Source: Arenicellales bacterium (GTDB lineage Bacteria > Pseudomonadota > Gammaproteobacteria > BMS3Bbin11). Taken from it: a DNA stretch of 64,000 nucleotides. The position numbers and the translations under genes were made by a program. The DNA lies in the NCBI GenBank assembly GCA_029287915.1, contig JARFQE010000055.1, positions 293 to 64,292 on the forward strand, in the 5' to 3' direction. This document shows positions 20,897-30,242 of this stretch, piece by piece (within the stretch, counting starts at the first letter, position 1; each line of letters begins with the position of its first letter). Below the pieces are notes generated by a model that was given only the letters and a program-made list of their open reading frames with translations, was not told the DNA's origin and ran no database searches.

Positions 20897-21644
20897 TATT
20901 ACTACTTCATATGCCTGGGCATTAACTGCAGAGGAAAAAGGCCTGCAAATAGCACAGAAGGCAGACAGGCTGGATAGCGGGTGGGGCGATCAGAAACAGT
21001 CCATGGAAATGATACTTCGCAATAAACAGGGCCAGGAAAGTCGCCGGCAGATTCGCGGCAGATCACTGGAAGTTATTGGTGATGGCGATAAGGCGTTATC
21101 TATTTTCGATTCCCCGGCTGATGTCAAAGGTACTGCCTTTCTAAGTTTTACCCATGTCAACGAACCCGATGACCAGTGGCTTTATCTTCCGGCTTTAAAG
21201 AGGGTAAAACGAATTGCATCGAAGAATAAGTCAGGACCGTTTATGGGCAGTGAATTTGCATTTGAGGATATGTCATCCCAGGAGGTGGATAAATACACTT
21301 ACAAATGGCTACGTGATGAACAGCTTGATGGTAAGGATGTTTATGTTATCGAGCGGGTACCGGTAGACAAGCATTCTGGCTATACCCGGCAGATTGTATG
21401 GGGTGACAGGGAAATATATCATCCATTGAAAGTCGAATTTTATGATCGCAAGAATGCACTGCTCAAAACTCTTGTATTGTTTGATTACAAGCAGTACCTG
21501 GGCAAATACTGGCGGCCTGATCGGATGGAGATGACAAATCACCAGAACGGAAAAAGTACTACACTCTTATTTACTGATTACGTATTCAATAATGGTTTTA
21601 GTGACCGTGATTTTGACCGCAATTCACTTAAACGGGCCCGTTGA
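20862..21644 (+). CDS. Outer membrane lipoprotein-sorting protein (LolA-like)
   Basis: Signal peptide; PADVKGTAFL, DDQWLYLPALKRVKRI, GPFMGSEFAFED. Confidence 0.88.
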   Translation: MKKTPLLLLLLSITTSYAWALTAEEKGLQIAQKADRLDSGWGDQKQSMEMILRNKQGQESRRQIRGRSLEVIGDGDKALSIFDSPADVKGTAFLSFTHVNEPDDQWLYLPALKRVKRIASKNKSGPFMGSEFAFEDMSSQEVDKYTYKWLRDEQLDGKDVYVIERVPVDKHSGYTRQIVWGDREIYHPLKVEFYDRKNALLKTLVLFDYKQYLGKYWRPDRMEMTNHQNGKSTTLLFTDYVFNNGFSDRDFDRNSLKRAR

Positions 21645-22831
21645 TGAGAAAAGGTCTGGTTGCATCGGCAGTATTTCTACTGGTGATTTCATCACCGCTA
21701 CAGGCCGTTAGCTGGCGTGGCAATGTAACGGTACAGGAAAGATTATTCTTTCAGGATCCAGCAGACCCAAGGCAGCATGGAAATAATTTCTCAATTGCTG
21801 CACAGCCTGAGATGTATCACGAGTGGGATGAGGGTAAACAGACATTCACTTTCATTCCCTTCGCACGGCTAGACCAGGGTGATAATAAGCGGACTCATGC
21901 TGATATCAGGGAACTCGCGTGGTCCTATATCGCGCGAGACTATGAATGGACAGTAGGCATCAGCAAGGTCTACTGGGGCGTTACCGAAGCAAGACATATA
22001 GTCGATATCATCAACCAGACTGATCTGGTCGAAGAGCTTGACCAGGAAGATAAGCTCGGCCAGCCTATGATCAATCTTACCCTGATACGCGACTGGGGAA
22101 ACATCGATCTTTTCGTCCTGCCCGGTTTTCGTGAACGAACATTCGCAGGTGTCAAAGGACGGCCGCGCATTATTCCTCGGGTTGAAAAAAACCTGACCAG
22201 CTATGAGTCATCGCAGGAAGACAAACATGTCGATGCTGCGGTCAGGTGGTCACATGTCGTTGGCGACATGGATATCGGACTGTCCTGGTTCCATGGAACG
22301 AGCAGGGAGCCGATTTTGTCGCCGGCTGAGTACAATGGTGAGATTGTCCTCGCACCTTTCTACCAGATCATCGATCAGGCTGGACTGGACCTGCAGCTGA
22401 CAAAAGGGAACTGGCTATGGAAGCTCGAAGCCATAAACCTCGATGGCAATTATGTCAGTTATCGACAGGCAACCGGTGGCTTCGAGTATACGTTTTACGG
22501 CATTGCAGAAACTGCTACTGACATCGGCCTGGTGGTTGAATACCTATATGATTCACGGGGTGAGCTGGCAACAACGCCATTCGAGGATGATTTCCTTACC
22601 GGACTGAGATTGACGCTGAATGATGAACAGAGCACGGATGCGCTGCTTGGCGTGATCAAGGACAAGCATGACGACAGTTACCTGATCAGCCTTGAAGGCA
22701 GCAGACGGATAGGCGATAACTGGAAGCTGTCAATCCAGGGTAGTAAATTCCTTGTCGATGGACTGGACCAGTCACTGAAGTCTTTTGCGGAGGATGACTT
22801 TCTACAGGTTGAGCTGGGGTATTATTTCTGA
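21644..22831 (+). CDS. Hypothetical outer membrane beta-barrel protein
   Basis: Signal peptide, beta-rich sequence, C-terminal aromatic LQVELGYYF; coupled to the upstream gene (TGATG). Confidence 0.7.
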   Translation: MRKGLVASAVFLLVISSPLQAVSWRGNVTVQERLFFQDPADPRQHGNNFSIAAQPEMYHEWDEGKQTFTFIPFARLDQGDNKRTHADIRELAWSYIARDYEWTVGISKVYWGVTEARHIVDIINQTDLVEELDQEDKLGQPMINLTLIRDWGNIDLFVLPGFRERTFAGVKGRPRIIPRVEKNLTSYESSQEDKHVDAAVRWSHVVGDMDIGLSWFHGTSREPILSPAEYNGEIVLAPFYQIIDQAGLDLQLTKGNWLWKLEAINLDGNYVSYRQATGGFEYTFYGIAETATDIGLVVEYLYDSRGELATTPFEDDFLTGLRLTLNDEQSTDALLGVIKDKHDDSYLISLEGSRRIGDNWKLSIQGSKFLVDGLDQSLKSFAEDDFLQVELGYYF

Positions 22832-22947
22832 GTTCAAGGTACAACGAATAAAAATTTCACCTGTTACGTTTTATTATCCATTTAATGCGTATCCAGTTAT
22901 TGTTTTATTCTGGGTACCTGATTTTTTTAGACAAACACTTCATAAAC

Positions 22948-22983
22948 AAAAAGGCCCGTGTGGATCTCCCACACGGGCCTTTT
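22948..22983. terminator. Bidirectional Rho-independent terminator
   Basis: aaaaggcccgtgtgg-atctc-ccacacgggcctttt between convergent genes. Confidence 0.88.
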
Positions 22984-23006
22984 CAGCAATTAAGAATCGA
23001 GGATTC

Positions 23007-23516
23007 TTATTTCTTTTCTGCTGGTGCAGCAGGTGCAGCAGGTGCAACTGGGGCAACTGGTGCGCCGTAGCCGTAAGGTGCGCCGTAGCCGTAAGGTGCG
23101 CCGTAGCCATAACCGTAAGGTGAGCCATAACGGTTGCCACCATAGTAGTTGCCACGGTAGTCGCCACGGTAGTCACTGTAGCCACGGCCATAAGCGTCAC
23201 TATAACCAGAGCCATAACCAGAACCATAACCACGGCCACGTCCACGACCACGTCCACGACCTTTGCCTTTAAAGCTCATGTTGAATTCGCCATCGACGTC
23301 GCCGTCCATGTCGCTGTCGAGGTCGCCAGTACCATATCCACGGCCTCTGCTATAGCCAGAGCCATAACCGGAACCGTCACCACGGCCATAACCGTCGCCA
23401 TAGCCATAACCAGAGCCAGAGCCATAACCATCATCATAACCTCTACCCCACTGTGCAGTAGAAGCTGCAGACATGCTCATCAGAGCAGCGATTGATACAA
23501 TCTGTACGAGTTTCAT
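23007..23516 (-). CDS. sgpA: Sulfur globule envelope protein (SgpA/CV1-like)
   Basis: Signal peptide, Gly/Tyr/Arg-rich, DG.DGEFNMS..G.GRG motif, (GYGAPY)n repeats and Ala/Pro tail, as in Allochromatium SgpA. Confidence 0.75.
   Translation of the reverse strand: MKLVQIVSIAALMSMSAASTAQWGRGYDDGYGSGSGYGYGDGYGRGDGSGYGSGYSRGRGYGTGDLDSDMDGDVDGEFNMSFKGKGRGRGRGRGRGYGSGYGSGYSDAYGRGYSDYRGDYRGNYYGGNRYGSPYGYGYGAPYGYGAPYGYGAPVAPVAPAAPAAPAEKK
23059..23112. repeat. Coding tandem repeat, 3 x 18 bp (GGTGCGCCGTAGCCGTAA)
   Basis: Encodes YGYGAP repeats of the sulfur globule protein; the third copy has one mismatch. Confidence 0.9.
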
Positions 23517-23791
23517 AAGAAAATCTCCAAAAAACTAAGTTAATGTTGAGTACTGGGATCCCCATAGCAGATATTTTCCCAGTGAGTCTACTGTTACATT
23601 TTTGCCATGTCCGATTTACTATATTATAAGATTCTAATATAGTCAAGTCATGTGTGGTATATGGCACACTTTCTGTGATTGTGGTCAGATTAACGTTATT
23701 AATGCAGCACAGTCACAGATACATAGACAAAGAAGCTATAATCCAATGCAATTGGTTTTAGCCAGAACCCACTAATATACAATAATTCATC

Positions 23792-24475
23792 ATGCATGTC
23801 TTAATTCTCGTTGTAATCCTGGTGTTATTGATCATCGGACCCCAATATTGGGTTCGTGCTGTGCTGAACAGGTACAATCGAAAATCAGAAGAAAACTTCA
23901 CCGGCACTGGCGGCGAGCTGGCCAGACATCTGCTTGACCGATTTGCGCTGCAGCATGTCAAGGTGGAGGTGACAGGCAGTGGTGATCATTACGACCCACT
24001 GGCAAAGGTCGTACGTCTGGGGGAGGATAGATTTAATGGCCGTACCCTCACCGCTATTACTATAGCAGCACATGAGGTCGGTCATGCCATTCAGGATGCC
24101 AGCGGCGAGTCACTTTTTCGCTGGAGGACACGATTGGCAAAACTTACCGGTACTGCACAGCAACTGGGTTCGCTATTGCTGTTTCTAGTACCCCTGCTTT
24201 CTGTAATAACACGTGCACCGGCGGTTGGCCTGATCTCTTTGCTGGCCGCATTCCTGGTCATGGGAATTGGACTGGCAGTTCAGCTGCTGACTCTTCCGGT
24301 GGAGCTGGATGCCAGCTTCAATAAGGCGCTGCCGATGCTTGAATCGGGTTATTTGCAGCCACAGCAATTTAGACCGGCGAGAAAAATCCTGCGTGCTGCA
24401 GCTTTTACCTATGTCTCTTCATCATTAGCAGGGCTGTTGAATTTCTGGCGTTGGATGACGGTGTTTAAAAGATAG
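23792..24475 (+). CDS. Membrane zinc metallopeptidase (YugP-like)
   Basis: DHYDP, AAHEVGHAIQ (HExxH), TLPVELDASF, LRAAAFTYV. Confidence 0.9.
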   Translation: MHVLILVVILVLLIIGPQYWVRAVLNRYNRKSEENFTGTGGELARHLLDRFALQHVKVEVTGSGDHYDPLAKVVRLGEDRFNGRTLTAITIAAHEVGHAIQDASGESLFRWRTRLAKLTGTAQQLGSLLLFLVPLLSVITRAPAVGLISLLAAFLVMGIGLAVQLLTLPVELDASFNKALPMLESGYLQPQQFRPARKILRAAAFTYVSSSLAGLLNFWRWMTVFKR

Positions 24476-24537
24476 GCTGATTTTGAGAATAGTTTTTCTA
24501 GAGAAAGCTCTATTTATCACATACCGTGTTTTTCTAT

Positions 24538-25935
24538 TCATGCCTTAATCCGTAACAGGATATCCTCTCTGGCGCTCTCGATTATCGAATCCTTGTCCAT
24601 ACCTGCCAGGATTTCCTCGGTAACACGTTTGGCACCACCTTCACCCCACGCTTTTCCCTGCTCCAGATAGCGTTCAGTTATTTGTCCAACCAGATAGGTG
24701 CTGTAATAGGCAATAGCGCCCTGACTGCTTGCAGTCAATATCGTGGACAAGCCAGCACTACCGAGTTTCAGCAGACTTGAGGCAAGGTGAACCGTCCATA
24801 CTGCTCCCATCATGGCAGCCAGCTGGGCAAAGATTGCTGCGACAAGTTTACCTGACTCACGTCGGCTCATGGGCAGGTCATAGACCCTGGACAGGTGATA
24901 GACCATTGCACTATCCAGTGCAGCAGCTGCAACGAGGTCAGCGACGGGAATAGGATTGGCTGCGACACTAACCCCCTTGGCGATGCAATAGTAGCGTATT
25001 ACTTTTTCTGCCAGATCCCGGCGAGTTTCCAGTATCCGAGTTGAAATTTTATCCGTAACATGGGAGGCGAACAGGCTGGCATTGAGGGCAGCAAGACTGC
25101 GACCATCCTGTTCGATGATTTGCCACAGGCGACTGACCAGTTTTGTTATATCGGGCTCAACTTCACGAACTGTTTCAGTTTCATGTCCTGAATGATCAAT
25201 CTCAATCAGGGTCTGTGCAGGTGGTGCAGCAGAGGCAGATAGAATGTTCTCCTGCTGCACGATGCCAGCAGTATGCCGGGCTAGAGATGACAACAGCTCA
25301 TTTTGTTCTTGCCGTGTATACCGGTCAGTTTTGTTTAGTACCAGAAGCACGACGCTGGATTGCTTTTGCAGCGTCTTCAGGCTGTTGAGCTCGCTTTGCG
25401 TCAGGTCTCCATCGACAACAAAAAGGATCAGATCGGCCTGTGCAGCGGCTTCAATAGCGAGTTGTTCTCTCTGCTCGCCATCGGCCTCATCCAGGCCGGG
25501 AGTATCAATCAGTAATACGCCTCCGCTGTCATAGGATTGCCATGTGCTGCGATCTACCACGCGCGTTTCACCGTGTAACGGACTGGTAGTGAAGACATTG
25601 CTGCCTAGTAGTGCATTTAGAAGTGAAGACTTACCAACACTGACCCTTCCCAAAGCGGCGATATGAATTTCATTGTTTTCAATCTTGTCCAGCAGGCTCT
25701 GTACGTTCTGATACTCCGCTGCCAGATCATCACGTACAGCTTGAGGAATATGCTCATCTTGCAGTAGCCGAGAAAGGCTGTCACGGGCGATAGCAAGGTG
25801 ATGGTCATCTGTTTGTCGGGTCTCTGCTACGTCATCATACTCTGTTGACACAACAGATTTATTTTTCCTGTTTTTCTTTGGCCTCCATGACCAGCCGGAG
25901 AATGTCGCCGGTACGTTTTTCCAGTTGATCACCAA
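24538..25935 (-). CDS. Era-like GTPase with C-terminal DUF697/YcjF-like domain (true start may be GTG 25851)
   Basis: G1 GRVSVGKSS, G3 DTPG, G4 NKTD; C-terminal AANPIPVADL hydrophobic domain. Confidence 0.85.
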   Translation of the reverse strand: MVINWKNVPATFSGWSWRPKKNRKNKSVVSTEYDDVAETRQTDDHHLAIARDSLSRLLQDEHIPQAVRDDLAAEYQNVQSLLDKIENNEIHIAALGRVSVGKSSLLNALLGSNVFTTSPLHGETRVVDRSTWQSYDSGGVLLIDTPGLDEADGEQREQLAIEAAAQADLILFVVDGDLTQSELNSLKTLQKQSSVVLLVLNKTDRYTRQEQNELLSSLARHTAGIVQQENILSASAAPPAQTLIEIDHSGHETETVREVEPDITKLVSRLWQIIEQDGRSLAALNASLFASHVTDKISTRILETRRDLAEKVIRYYCIAKGVSVAANPIPVADLVAAAALDSAMVYHLSRVYDLPMSRRESGKLVAAIFAQLAAMMGAVWTVHLASSLLKLGSAGLSTILTASSQGAIAYYSTYLVGQITERYLEQGKAWGEGGAKRVTEEILAGMDKDSIIESAREDILLRIKA

Positions 25936-27331
25936 GGTTCTCCGTGAAACGATTTATTGTCGGAAGAGTTGCCAGTTCACCGCGGCTGGAAAGGGTCTCA
26001 TTGAGGCTGCGTCCCAGTGCGTCGAATATCATGCCATAGGTTACCGCATGCAGGGTACCACCGGCCAGTGTACCAATGCCGGGAAAGGCCTTCATCGCAT
26101 TCCCGAGCACGGCCATGATAAGAGCTAGATGGCGATTAAGGCGGGATTGACCGAGTTTAAGCAGGCGGTCAATTTCAAGTTGACTGACTGGAACCTCATA
26201 TAATGAGCAGAGGCTTTTTACCAGGCTGATGCCAAGCGCACCCTGAATAAGAATATCAGTGCCGGGGCTAATTGCTGCCATTGCTCCAATCACGGCACTG
26301 CGAGTATGGTTGCGAACCAGTGACTGTCCTTGCTCTATTCGCTGACGCAGTTCAGCTTCATCGAGAGTGCGGGCAGCCAGGGTGAAGACAGCAGAGTCAC
26401 GTAGTTGTTCCAATCTTTCAGGATCTCTATCAATGCGTCGTTGCAGGGCGCGGGCCAGCTCCCCGATATCCGGCGCTATGCTTCTAATTTCCGTGGTTTC
26501 AGTACCGTCTGGATGCTTTATCACAAGTTTTTTTTCAGCTTTGGTACTGATGGCAACTACTGCAATGTCCTTGATTTCCTTCGTGCGTTCACGAAGTTGA
26601 TCAAGAATTTGTCTGCGTTCCTCATTGCTGTACCAGTCAGTTTTATTCAGCGCCAAAATTAGCGGTTTATTAAGATCTGCAAGAAGCTTAAGTTCATTCA
26701 ATTGCTGACGTGTCAGATCCGCATTACAAAGATAAATGACCAAATGCGCCCGGATTGCCTCTGTGCGAGCAGCTTCACTGAGTCCATGATTGCCCGCATC
26801 CTGAAAGCCGGGCATATCGATAACAATGACTTCATCACCGGACGGTGTTATCCAGTGGTACTCGATAGTCTCTCTGGTTGTGCCACCAGTGACTTCGGAT
26901 CGTGCCTGGGCATTGGGTAGCAGGCTATTGATCAGACTGCTTTTACCGGTACTGATGGTGCCGGCAAGCGCAATGTAGAGTTTGCCCGTTTGCCGTCTGA
27001 GCCCTAATTTGCCTAATTCAACTTTTGCAGATTCAATATCAATTCCAGTTTCTTCAGCTTTCTCTATTCGCTGCTGTAGACTGGATTCATCTATGTTCTC
27101 TTTTTGTATGCCCGATTTTTTTACAGGACGTAGTAGTTTCCAGAGTATGACCGCACTGGCGCTGCTAAAGACTAGCAATATAAATGCGAACAGGCTGCTG
27201 ATATACCATGGCGCTGTCTGCAGTCTGTCCCAGAGCGAGAGCAAGGTGTCACCCGCCATGCCTGTGATGACCAGCAGCAGCAGGAACAACAGGACAACAG
27301 CTGTGGCCAGTAGATAGCGAAGTGTTTTCAT
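25859..27331 (-). CDS. Membrane-anchored Era-like GTPase with DUF697-like C-terminus
   Basis: Two N-terminal TM helices; G1 GTISTGKSS, G3 DMPG, G4 NKTD; C-terminal AAISPGTDIL...KAFPGIGTLAGG. Confidence 0.85.
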   Translation of the reverse strand: MKTLRYLLATAVVLLFLLLLVITGMAGDTLLSLWDRLQTAPWYISSLFAFILLVFSSASAVILWKLLRPVKKSGIQKENIDESSLQQRIEKAEETGIDIESAKVELGKLGLRRQTGKLYIALAGTISTGKSSLINSLLPNAQARSEVTGGTTRETIEYHWITPSGDEVIVIDMPGFQDAGNHGLSEAARTEAIRAHLVIYLCNADLTRQQLNELKLLADLNKPLILALNKTDWYSNEERRQILDQLRERTKEIKDIAVVAISTKAEKKLVIKHPDGTETTEIRSIAPDIGELARALQRRIDRDPERLEQLRDSAVFTLAARTLDEAELRQRIEQGQSLVRNHTRSAVIGAMAAISPGTDILIQGALGISLVKSLCSLYEVPVSQLEIDRLLKLGQSRLNRHLALIMAVLGNAMKAFPGIGTLAGGTLHAVTYGMIFDALGRSLNETLSSRGELATLPTINRFTENLGDQLEKRTGDILRLVMEAKEKQEK

Positions 27332-27448
27332 CTTATTGTGATTTTCAGGAATAGCAGTATATACATGATAGAGTACTGGCAGTCAGGGCAGAGTGTCAGA
27401 TTCAGTATTGACAGGTTTCGTTAAATTCCAACAATCGGACAAGCATAC

Positions 27449-28516
27449 ATGAATAAAAAACTCCAGCAACAGGCAATAGCAGCGAGCAGCGCAGTTGGTA
27501 ATGTGTTGAAACCCGCTACATGGAAGGAAAAAGGCCTGCGTTGGTCAATTGGCATGGCTACATTCCTGTTATCTCTACTGATGTTGCTGCTATCCATATA
27601 CTGGAGCAGAACACCAGATATGTTTGATGTCATCGAAAATACACAGATTGTTGCAGCTCGCTCTGAAGGCGAAAAGTTAGTCCCCGGCAGTGTCACTACG
27701 GCAGCATTGATTACAGTAAGCAATACCTTGCTGGATAAACCGGGAGGATTTCTCAGTAATGATATTATGCCCCCTTCAGTATTGCTGGATAATATGCCTA
27801 ACTGGGAGTTCGGTGTGCTGGTACAGGTACGTGATCTGGCTCGTGCCCTGCGCAATGATTTGAGTCGATCACAGTCCCAGTCACTGGAAGACAGGGATTT
27901 GATGGTGTCAGAACCGCAGTTCAATATTAATAATGAATCATGGATGTTTCCTTCCGCAGAAGGCTCCTATCACAACGGGATAATAGCGCTTGAGTCCTAT
28001 CTTGGACGGCTGGTAGATGCTGATGATACCAACGCCCAGTTTTTTGCCCGAGCTGATAATTTACGAAACTGGTTGCAGATAGTCGAGAAAAGACTGGGTG
28101 GACTGTCGCAACGCTTATCGGCCAGTGTCGGGCAGCTGCGTGTCAATACTGATCTTGCTGGCGATGCCGATGCGACCCAATCTACACCGACACAGGAAGA
28201 TTTGGTTATCGAGACACCGTGGACGAAAATTGATGATAATTTCTTTGAGGCTCGTGGAGCTGCCTGGGCTCTGTTACATTTCCTGAAAGCGGTGGAGATA
28301 GATTTTGAACCTGTTTTACGCAAAAAGAATGCTGTCGTCAGCCTGCGCCAGATAGTACGAGAGCTGGAATCTACCCAGGATCCAATCTGGAGCCCTGTTA
28401 TTCTAAATGGTAGTGGTTTTGGCTTTGTTTCCAATCATTCGCTGGTAATGGCCTCCTATATCTCAAGAGCCAATGCGGCCATTATAGATTTACGCAATCT
28501 GTTGATGGATGGTTGA
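27449..28516 (+). CDS. DUF2333 family protein
   Basis: N-terminal TM; LLDKPGGFLSND, DNMPNWEFG, LSRSQSQS, FADNL-like FARADNL, NHSLVMASYISRANAA. Confidence 0.88.
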   Translation: MNKKLQQQAIAASSAVGNVLKPATWKEKGLRWSIGMATFLLSLLMLLLSIYWSRTPDMFDVIENTQIVAARSEGEKLVPGSVTTAALITVSNTLLDKPGGFLSNDIMPPSVLLDNMPNWEFGVLVQVRDLARALRNDLSRSQSQSLEDRDLMVSEPQFNINNESWMFPSAEGSYHNGIIALESYLGRLVDADDTNAQFFARADNLRNWLQIVEKRLGGLSQRLSASVGQLRVNTDLAGDADATQSTPTQEDLVIETPWTKIDDNFFEARGAAWALLHFLKAVEIDFEPVLRKKNAVVSLRQIVRELESTQDPIWSPVILNGSGFGFVSNHSLVMASYISRANAAIIDLRNLLMDG

Positions 28517-28715
28517 GGCAGGTATTCAACTGCCAAGTTTCATTTATTACTATTAAATCTAGTGTAATTTAATTTCCTTCAGAATTTGCACGAAATACTG
28601 AAAATCCTGTCTGAATAAGGTAAAGTCGCGCCTCTATTTTCTCGGAATCAGCGACTGTGCTTCTGGTTCCACACTTTGAAAAGAATTACCAGATAATTTA
28701 CCAGGGAGTTTCAAG

Positions 28716-29408
28716 ATGGCTAACGATTTCCTTATCGCCCCTTCAATCCTGTCCGCTGATTTCGCCAGACTCGGTGAAGAAGTGGATAATGTACTGGCAT
28801 CCGGTGCCGATGTGGTTCATTTCGACGTCATGGATAATCACTATGTGCCAAACTTGACCATTGGGCCATTAGTATGCGAGGCATTACGCAAACACGGCGT
28901 TACTGCCGATATAGATGTGCATCTAATGGTCAAGCCAGTAGATCGTATCATTCCAGATTTTGCCGCAGCGGGCGCCTCCTATATTACATTTCACCCTGAG
29001 GCTTCAGAGCACGTCGACCGGAGCCTACAATTGATTAAAAGTGAAGGATGCAAGGCCGGCCTGGTATTTAACCCGGCTACTCCACTGGATATACTTGAAT
29101 ATGTCATGGACAAAGTTGATCTGATTTTGCTTATGTCAGTAAACCCGGGCTTTGGCGGTCAGAGCTTCATCAATTCTGCTCTGGCAAAACTGCGCCAGTC
29201 TCGTAAACTGATCGAGGCTTCCGGCAGAGATATACGTCTTGAAATTGATGGTGGCGTCAAAGTCGATAACATCCGTGAAATTGCCGAGGCCGGTGCGGAT
29301 ATGTTTGTTGCAGGATCAGCCATTTTTGGGGCAGCCAATGAGGCTGATCCTCACCACTATGAAACTGTGGTCTCTGCCATGCGTGCCGAGCTGGCCAAGA
29401 CCAGTTAG
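28716..29408 (+). CDS. rpe: Ribulose-phosphate 3-epimerase
   Basis: [38 protein letters not shown]. Confidence 0.97.
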   Translation: MANDFLIAPSILSADFARLGEEVDNVLASGADVVHFDVMDNHYVPNLTIGPLVCEALRKHGVTADIDVHLMVKPVDRIIPDFAAAGASYITFHPEASEHVDRSLQLIKSEGCKAGLVFNPATPLDILEYVMDKVDLILLMSVNPGFGGQSFINSALAKLRQSRKLIEASGRDIRLEIDGGVKVDNIREIAEAGADMFVAGSAIFGAANEADPHHYETVVSAMRAELAKTS

Positions 29409-29411
29409 CAT

Positions 29412-30113
29412 GTGAAGATTGAATTGACTAGCGCACAAAAAATTAGTGTAAGCATGGTCATGATTGACCTCGATGGTACGCTCATCAATACTGCACCGGA
29501 TCTGGCCGACAGTGTTAATATTATGTTGCAGAAGATGGGTAGAGAGCCATGGCCGCTGGAGAAAGTGTCTGGCTGGATTGGTAATGGTGTTAGTAGACTG
29601 GTCAAACGCGCCCTGACAGACTCCATGGATGGTGAGCCTGATAGAGACGATTATGAAAAGGCTTATAACCTGTTTCTACAGGCCTATGGCGACAACGTCT
29701 CGGCAAAAAGCCGCCCTTACGACGGAGTAGTTTCAGGTCTGAATAAGCTCAAAGCAGCTGGTTTCCATTTGGCATGTGTAACCAACAAAGCAGAAGCCTT
29801 TACCTTGCCGTTGCTGGCTGATCTTAAACTAGACGGTTATTTCGAGCTGGTAGTTTCGGGTGATTCACTAGCACGAAAAAAACCCGATCCGTTGCCATTG
29901 ATTTATGCCTGTGAATATTTCGGCATAACCCCTCAACAAGGCATACTAATAGGTGATTCGGCCAATGATGTAAAAGCTGCACTGGCAGCAGGTATGCATG
30001 TCATCTGTGTCAACTATGGTTACAATCAGGGCGTCGATCTAACTACCCTGCAGACTCAGGGTGTGATAGATTCACTGGACAAACTCGATCAGCAACTGTC
30101 ATTGCTGATTTAG
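29412..30113 (+). CDS. gph: Phosphoglycolate phosphatase
   Basis: HAD motif DLDGTL, TNK, KKPDP, GDS.ND; rpe-gph-trpE synteny. Confidence 0.93.
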   Translation: MKIELTSAQKISVSMVMIDLDGTLINTAPDLADSVNIMLQKMGREPWPLEKVSGWIGNGVSRLVKRALTDSMDGEPDRDDYEKAYNLFLQAYGDNVSAKSRPYDGVVSGLNKLKAAGFHLACVTNKAEAFTLPLLADLKLDGYFELVVSGDSLARKKPDPLPLIYACEYFGITPQQGILIGDSANDVKAALAAGMHVICVNYGYNQGVDLTTLQTQGVIDSLDKLDQQLSLLI

Positions 30114-30137
30114 CAGTTATTTGGCGGAAACTAGTTT

Positions 30138-30185
30138 ATGGAAAACATGATCAAAAAACAGGAGGCATGGATCTGGCGATGGTGA
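30138..30185 (+). promoter_or_regulatory. trpL: Putative trp leader peptide (MENMIKKQEAWIWRW*)
   Basis: 15-codon ORF with three TGG codons in its last five positions, ending 57 nt before trpE; alternative start ATG 30147. Confidence 0.75.
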
Positions 30186-30242
30186 AGCGTTGAGCGCTTA
30201 CGTCCGTTATATCCTGTTTACAGTTTAAGGTGATGTTTTCCC

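Noticed and set aside
18569-22831. Idea that the MMPL operon exports the DSF signal
   Set aside because: About 20 kb from the rpf genes with no shared regulatory evidence.
23059-23112. 18-bp direct repeats as a possible CRISPR array
   Set aside because: No spacers; the repeats are contiguous, in-frame and encode YGYGAP in the sulfur globule protein; no cas genes nearby.
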